This document shows positions 59,225 to 64,000 of a DNA stretch of 64,000 nt, one piece after another. The notes under the pieces were generated by a model. It did no database searches, was not told where the DNA came from, and saw only the letters and a program-made list of their open reading frames with translations. A program made the position numbers and the translations under genes. Source of the DNA: an uncultured virus (IMG/VR IMGVR_UViG_3300004774_000001). Lineage: Duplodnaviria; Heunggongvirae; Uroviricota; Caudoviricetes. The stretch's first letter is position 1, and each line of letters begins with the position of its first letter. Location of the stretch: the IMG/VR virus record IMGVR_UViG_3300004774_000001; one strand, written 5' to 3'.

Positions 59225-60139
59225 ATGAAGATCGCGAAACGTTCTGCTGTGAAGTTGTTTGTCGCCCTCGGTCTGAAGAATGCTGACAAGTGGAACGACG
59301 CCCGCATGGCTGCCAAGCTGGCGAAGGTCAAGGAGATGGTTGACGAGGATGTCAAGCTCGAGGACGATGATCAGGGGACGCTGAACACCGTCCTGGCGGC
59401 GATCACTGGTGGTGAAGAGTTTGAGGTGTTCGAGGATGGTACGTCGGACGGGACCACCACGGCAGAGTTGCCGAGCGATGCCGAGCTGAACGCGGCGGAC
59501 AAAGCTGAGAAGGCCGCAGCTCGTGAGAAGCAGACTGCCGCCAACGCCGAGGCCAAGGCCGCGAAGGAGGCCGCGAAGGCAAAGGAGAAGGCTGACAAGG
59601 AAGCGGAGCGCGTTGCCGCGAAAGCCGAGAAGGAGGCCACCAAGGCGGAGGAGAAGGCCGCGAAGGCCGCGAAGGCCGCGGCGAAAGCGGCCGAAAAGGC
59701 TGAGAAAGAGCCGCGGGAGACCAAGGCGTTCCTCGCCGGCCAGATCGCCGCCAAAGTCGGCTTGGCTAACTTCAAGCGGATCGACATCGAGGTGATGTAT
59801 GGCGGGGGCTACAGCAAGGCCATTGTTGACGTCACGTACTACCGCACGCAGGGTGGGCTGCGCGGATTCTGCGAAGTCCCGGAAACGCGTCCCGGCCGCT
59901 TGTACCTCGCTGGCAAGCTGCTGAAGGAGAACGGCCTGAACGTCACCGAGGAGCTGGTCAAGAAGCTGGATGAGGCTTATGGCAAGCCGAACCAGAAGGA
60001 GAGCCAGACCGCTCTCAACCACACCCGTGACGCTGCTCGCGGCTTTCTCTCGGTGGCCCCAGAGGATCGGGCCACCGTGGTCGCTGCTCCCGCGGCAGCG
60101 GCGGTTGCCGAGCCCGCCGCAGTCCCGGCCGCTGTCTAG
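59225..60139 (+). CDS. Ala/Lys/Glu-rich protein
   Basis: AGGAG RBS; AEKAAK low-complexity helix; strongly biased codons. Confidence 0.7.
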   Translation: MKIAKRSAVKLFVALGLKNADKWNDARMAAKLAKVKEMVDEDVKLEDDDQGTLNTVLAAITGGEEFEVFEDGTSDGTTTAELPSDAELNAADKAEKAAAREKQTAANAEAKAAKEAAKAKEKADKEAERVAAKAEKEATKAEEKAAKAAKAAAKAAEKAEKEPRETKAFLAGQIAAKVGLANFKRIDIEVMYGGGYSKAIVDVTYYRTQGGLRGFCEVPETRPGRLYLAGKLLKENGLNVTEELVKKLDEAYGKPNQKESQTALNHTRDAARGFLSVAPEDRATVVAAPAAAAVAEPAAVPAAV

Positions 60140-60202
60140 TTTCGAGTTGGTGGTCAAAGTAGCCGGGGACAGTCCCCGGCTGCTTGTGTTGAGGGAGACG
60201 CA

Positions 60203-60676
60203 ATGATCAGTATCACACGCAAACTTGAATTCGACGCAGGTCATCGGGTATTGAAGCACGAATCGAAGTGCAAACATCTTCACGGCCACCGCTACGTCGC
60301 CGAGGTGACAGTTACTGCGCCAGAACTTGATCAGCTTGGCCGCGTGATTGACTTCGGGGTTATCAAAACTGAGGTCGGGGGATGGATCGACCAAAACTGG
60401 GACCACAACCTCATTCTTCATCCTGCCGACCCGCTGCTGCATGTGCTGACTGTTTTGCGGCAAGACGGTGAGCAGATTCTTGAGGGTGCAAATGGTCAGG
60501 TCGATGCCGTGTTGGGTGGGAAAGAGCCGTTTGTGCTGGACGGCAATCCGACCGCCGAGAACATGGCCCGGGTGCTGTTTCAAGTAGCGAGTGAATTGTT
60601 GCGTTCGTACGATATTGATGTGGTACGAGTTCGATTATTCGAAACCCCCAATTGCAGCGCTGACTACGTGAAGTGA
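60203..60676 (+). CDS. queD: 6-carboxytetrahydropterin synthase
   Basis: FDAGHR, C.HLHGH, NPTAEN and ETPN motifs. Confidence 0.92.
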   Translation: MISITRKLEFDAGHRVLKHESKCKHLHGHRYVAEVTVTAPELDQLGRVIDFGVIKTEVGGWIDQNWDHNLILHPADPLLHVLTVLRQDGEQILEGANGQVDAVLGGKEPFVLDGNPTAENMARVLFQVASELLRSYDIDVVRVRLFETPNCSADYVK

Positions 60677-60685
60677 GACCGAATC

Positions 60686-60913
60686 ATGGAGATCGAAAAT
60701 GTCCCTGTTGTCCGGTGTCCCCAGGCAGGGGAATCTTTCAGAAGGGAGCTGATTCAGGCTCTGCGTGCGATGGAATGTGGTCAGTCTGTCGTGGTTGATA
60801 AAGCCGATTCAAATCTTCGGACACTAGTTTGGGTCGTGAGTCAGTGCCTGGACAGACGTTATCTTATCCGGAAGCAGGCAGAGAAGCAGTGGAGAATCGG
60901 ACGGATCGACTAA
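60686..60913 (+). CDS. Hypothetical small DNA-binding-like protein
   Basis: 75 aa ORF coupled to queE. Confidence 0.5.
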   Translation: MEIENVPVVRCPQAGESFRRELIQALRAMECGQSVVVDKADSNLRTLVWVVSQCLDRRYLIRKQAEKQWRIGRID

Positions 60914-61575
60914 TGCTGAATAAACAACCACCCGAACACCGAGATCATAGCAGCCCCGATTCTCTTGAGATCGTAGACGTATGGAAGACGATCCAGGGCG
61001 AGGGGCCGTTTGCCGGTAGACCAGCAACTTTTATCCGATTGGCTGGTTGCAACTTTCAGTGTCCTGCTTGTGATACGAACTACACTACTGGTCGTCGGTT
61101 TGAGTTGGTGGAGGATCTGCTTGAACTGACGGGTGGCGCTGATCTGGTTGTGTTGACGGGCGGAGAGCCGCTCCGCCAGGACATCACTCGGCTAGTGGAT
61201 CTGCTGATTGATCGTGGCACGCAAGTTCAGATTGAAACCAACGGCATTCTTCATCTTCCAGGGCTTCATTCTCGGGCTGTGGTTGTTTGCTCACCCAAGA
61301 CGCCAGGCATCGCGCGGGAGCGGTGGCCCTATGCCTTCAAGTACGTACTCCAGGCGGGTCAAGTTGATACGGACGGCCTGCCGCTGACGGCTTTGGGTGG
61401 GATGCGACCAGCTCGTCCTCCCGAGGACTTCCCTCGATCCGAGATCTATCTGCAGCCTCTGGATGAGCAGGATCCGGAAGCAAACAAACGGAATGTTGAC
61501 GCGACGGTTCAGAGCTGCATGCAGTATGGCTATCGTCTCTGTCTCCAAATGCAGAAAATCGTGGGGCTGAAATGA
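60913..61575 (+). CDS. queE: 7-carboxy-7-deazaguanine synthase (radical SAM)
   Basis: TIQGEG, FIRLAGCNFQCPACDT, TGGEP, ETNG and SPK motifs. Confidence 0.92.
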   Translation: MLNKQPPEHRDHSSPDSLEIVDVWKTIQGEGPFAGRPATFIRLAGCNFQCPACDTNYTTGRRFELVEDLLELTGGADLVVLTGGEPLRQDITRLVDLLIDRGTQVQIETNGILHLPGLHSRAVVVCSPKTPGIARERWPYAFKYVLQAGQVDTDGLPLTALGGMRPARPPEDFPRSEIYLQPLDEQDPEANKRNVDATVQSCMQYGYRLCLQMQKIVGLK

Positions 61576-62324
61576 GTGAAACAGACGCAACTGTGAAGTC
61601 TGAAATCGTTGACGGTCGATTGAAGGTTCATATCGACATCAAAGAGAACCCGAACCACGATCAACGCGGGCGGTTTGCCAGTGGGGGAGGATCTGGTGGG
61701 TCCTCGGCGAGGGTGTCTGTCAAGGTGTCGGTCGATCCAGAGACACTGGGGAGACTGAAGCGCAAGGCTGACAAGGAAGAGATACAGCAGACTGCGGTGG
61801 AGGTTGAGAAGTCACTCGCTGGTGTTGCAGAGCGTTGCCAGAAGTTGACTGACCAGCTGCCAAAGTCTGAGATGGGTATTCGGTTGAAGGGGACACCGTT
61901 CTGGATCTCGAAGAATGGGCAGGGAGCGACGACTGGACAGTATGATAAAGAGACCGGCACGGCTGAGGTCGCCGGCTTCGGGCATCCCGCAACATCGGAC
62001 CATTTGAAGGGCGGGCAGTTCTCGTTGAGTGATGCAGTCTCAGATATTGCCACCCATGAGTTCGGCCACCATCTTCTTGAGCAAATGCTCGCCGCCAACG
62101 GAGGGAAGGGTGTCGGGGAGCCTGGCCGTCTGGTCAATATCTGGAAGGTGACCCCGAAGAGTGAGCTCCGCAAGTTGAGTCAGTACGCGGCGGACCATCC
62201 AGCTGAGATGTTCTGCGAGGGACTGCTCGCCTACACGCATCCTAGTTATGGTACTAAGAACGGTGCCAAGATGCCGAAGGCGCTGGCGAAATACTTCGAC
62301 GATGTAATCGGGAAAGGAAAATAA
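61572..62324 (+). CDS. NPNHDQRGRF-tagged zincin metallopeptidase with DGRLKVHIDIK leader
   Basis: HEFGH plus LSQYA...EMFCE; tag at 61647-61676. Confidence 0.75.
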   Translation: MSETDATVKSEIVDGRLKVHIDIKENPNHDQRGRFASGGGSGGSSARVSVKVSVDPETLGRLKRKADKEEIQQTAVEVEKSLAGVAERCQKLTDQLPKSEMGIRLKGTPFWISKNGQGATTGQYDKETGTAEVAGFGHPATSDHLKGGQFSLSDAVSDIATHEFGHHLLEQMLAANGGKGVGEPGRLVNIWKVTPKSELRKLSQYAADHPAEMFCEGLLAYTHPSYGTKNGAKMPKALAKYFDDVIGKGK

Positions 62325-62326
62325 CG

Positions 62327-62530
62327 ATGTTGGCAGTGCCGAAATGCTTCACCCGTCAGTGCGTTCATTTTCAGGGGACTAAGTCGGACGATAACGCCGA
62401 GACCAATGAGAGGCCGGCCTGCAAAGCGTTCCCTGATGGTATCCCTGTTGAGATCAGTTATGGGGACAATCCCCACTTGATGCCGGTCGATGGGGATGGT
62501 GGGATCGTTTTCGAGAAGGGGAGCAAATGA
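62327..62530 (+). CDS. Small Cys/His protein (CKAFPDGIP), possible partner of the peptidase
   Basis: C..QCVHF...CKAFPDGIP...H motif, which I recall downstream of MuF genes. Confidence 0.6.
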   Translation: MLAVPKCFTRQCVHFQGTKSDDNAETNERPACKAFPDGIPVEISYGDNPHLMPVDGDGGIVFEKGSK

Positions 62531-63396
62531 CAGAGCGAACGGTTTTGACGTGGCGTGATGTTGAGAGCTGCGCTGCTGTAGCACGCAGTCGCATCCCGGA
62601 TGGTGTCGCACTTTATGGAGTTCCTCGCGGCGGTGCGATGGCGGCCCTTGCGATTCGTAGGATCGGCGCCATGCGACTCGTGAGTACCCCAGAGGAGGCA
62701 GATGTTATCGTCGATGACATCATCGACTCTGGTGTGACTAAGCAACGATACAATGGGCGCTTCCCGGACAAGCCATTTGTGGTCTTGGTTGATAAAAGGA
62801 ATCGGAAAGATTCCGACTGGATAGTGTTTCCGTGGGAGACCGATGAGCAGGATGGACCAGAGGAAAACATCCGACGGCTGCTTGAATTCGTCGGAGACGA
62901 TCCGAATCGTGAAGGATTGAGGGAGACGCCGGCTCGGGTGATCCGCAGCTATGGTGAAATCTTCTCGGGGTACAAGATCGACCCCGCCTCTGTCTTCAAG
63001 GTGTTCGAGGAGGGGGCTTGCGACGAGATGGTGTTGGTTCGCAACGTCGAGTTCTTCTCAGTCTGCGAGCATCATATGCAGCCCTTCTTCGGGCAGGCCC
63101 ACTTGGCGTATGTGCCGAATGGCAAGGTGATTGGGGTATCGAAGCTGGTCCGGCTGCTCGAGGTATTCACTCGCCGGCTTCAGATTCAAGAACGAATCTG
63201 TCAGCAGGTGACGGCGGCTCTGGACGAGTATCTGAAGCCACTCGGCTCTGCCTGTATCCTGGAGGCGAAGCACTTTTGTATGACCTGTCGAGGAGTCAAC
63301 AAGCAGGGCAGTGAGATGGTGACCTCGAGCCTAACTGGTGTGTTTCGGGACAAGGCTCCCGCTCGTCAGGAACTCTTGTCGTTGATCCGAGGTTAG
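62527..63396 (+). CDS. folE: Phosphoribosyltransferase-like + GTP cyclohydrolase I fusion
   Basis: GVPRGG, VDDIIDSG and WIVFPWE; then REGLRETPAR, CEHH, RLQIQE and HFCM..RG. Confidence 0.9.
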   Translation: MTERTVLTWRDVESCAAVARSRIPDGVALYGVPRGGAMAALAIRRIGAMRLVSTPEEADVIVDDIIDSGVTKQRYNGRFPDKPFVVLVDKRNRKDSDWIVFPWETDEQDGPEENIRRLLEFVGDDPNREGLRETPARVIRSYGEIFSGYKIDPASVFKVFEEGACDEMVLVRNVEFFSVCEHHMQPFFGQAHLAYVPNGKVIGVSKLVRLLEVFTRRLQIQERICQQVTAALDEYLKPLGSACILEAKHFCMTCRGVNKQGSEMVTSSLTGVFRDKAPARQELLSLIRG

Positions 63397-63397
63397 C

Positions 63398-64000
63398 ATG
63401 ACGGACCGCCTGCTGATGCTCGACTCTGGTGCCTTCTCAGTCTGGAAGTCTGGGGCTTCAATCGACATCGACCAGTACATTGACTTCTGCCAGACTCATC
63501 CAGCGATTTCTTACTACGTCAACCTTGACGTGATCCCAGGGACTGCTGATAGTTCTCCGACCGCCGCGGACATTGAGGACGCTGCCGCACGGGGATGGAA
63601 GAACTACCTGCGGATGATTCGTAAGCTGGACTTTGAGAAAGTGATCCCGGTTTTCCACCGCGGGGAGTCCCTTAAGTGGTTGGAGAAGATGTTGGCGATT
63701 GAGTGCCCATACATTGGGCTTGGCGGGACGGCGGGATCTGTCAACAGGCGGGCTGTGATTGGGTGGCTGAATTCAGTTCGTGGCGTTGTTGCACCGGATG
63801 GCAAGCCGATCGTGCGGACTCATGGATTCGGGATCAACAGCCTTGAGCTACTCAGACGGTTCCCGTGGTATTCGGTCGACTCGGCCAGCTGGTTGGTGCT
63901 GGCCGCTTTTGGTAAGATATGGGTGCCGCGGAAGACCAATGGTCAATTCGATTTCGATCTCAAGGCCGCAGTCAATGCAATGACACCCCAGTCTGGGTGG
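63398..64000 (+). CDS. DpdA/TGT-like DNA transglycosylase, 3'-truncated by the window edge
   Basis: MTDRLLMLDSGAFS...YVNLDVIPG...IPVFH.GE...IGLGG...HGFG...FPWYSVDSASW. Open to the window end and not in the ORF track. Confidence 0.8.
   Translation, partial: MTDRLLMLDSGAFSVWKSGASIDIDQYIDFCQTHPAISYYVNLDVIPGTADSSPTAADIEDAAARGWKNYLRMIRKLDFEKVIPVFHRGESLKWLEKMLAIECPYIGLGGTAGSVNRRAVIGWLNSVRGVVAPDGKPIVRTHGFGINSLELLRRFPWYSVDSASWLVLAAFGKIWVPRKTNGQFDFDLKAAVNAMTPQSGW

Noticed and set aside
59189..60583. 464 aa minus-strand ORF (and other long antisense ORFs such as 14961-15812 and 12849-13301)
   Set aside because: Shadow ORFs of strongly codon-biased + strand genes, with no recognisable motifs.
1..64000. 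Diversity-generating retroelement, retron, integrase, terminase or lysin
   Set aside because: No reverse transcriptase, recombinase, terminase or recognisable lysin motifs in this window. The topoisomerase IB motifs fit better than a tyrosine recombinase.
1..64000. Stop-codon reassignment
   Set aside because: Known genes are full length in the standard code and end in TAA, TAG and TGA.

Overview
The window is part of a large tailed (siphovirus-like, HK97-fold) phage genome, and almost all real genes are on the + strand. The host is probably a Planctomycete. This rests on a small protein I recognise from Planctomycetes, and is inference. Layout: head-completion, portal, MuF, prohead protease, capsid and tail genes (1-29.6 kb); a glycosyl-, methyl- and sulfotransferase cluster (29.6-37.6 kb); an early region with repeated promoter-like motifs, DUF932, a sigma-like protein, tRNA-Pro, an atypical tRNA-like RNA, an SNF2 helicase, amidoligase/GATase and a hairpin-delimited mini-gene array (37.6-52 kb); replication genes with ligase, an intein-bearing helicase and CsrA (52-59 kb); and a 7-deazaguanine DNA-modification operon (60-64 kb). 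The best candidate for a new system is a shared peptide tag, K-(S/T/G)n-NPNHD(E)HGRF. It occurs 9 times in 5 genes and sits in front of unrelated enzyme domains (ParB-like, zincin peptidases, kinase, ART-like, topoisomerase IB). Several copies are preceded by one of two shared leaders. This suggests a protease-processed capsid-cargo effector system. Also notable: three poly-Ser virion-region proteins in the same genome as a glycosylation cluster, and a ~110 bp non-coding element present twice in inverted orientation 34 kb apart. All functional calls come from motif reading by eye; no database searches were run.
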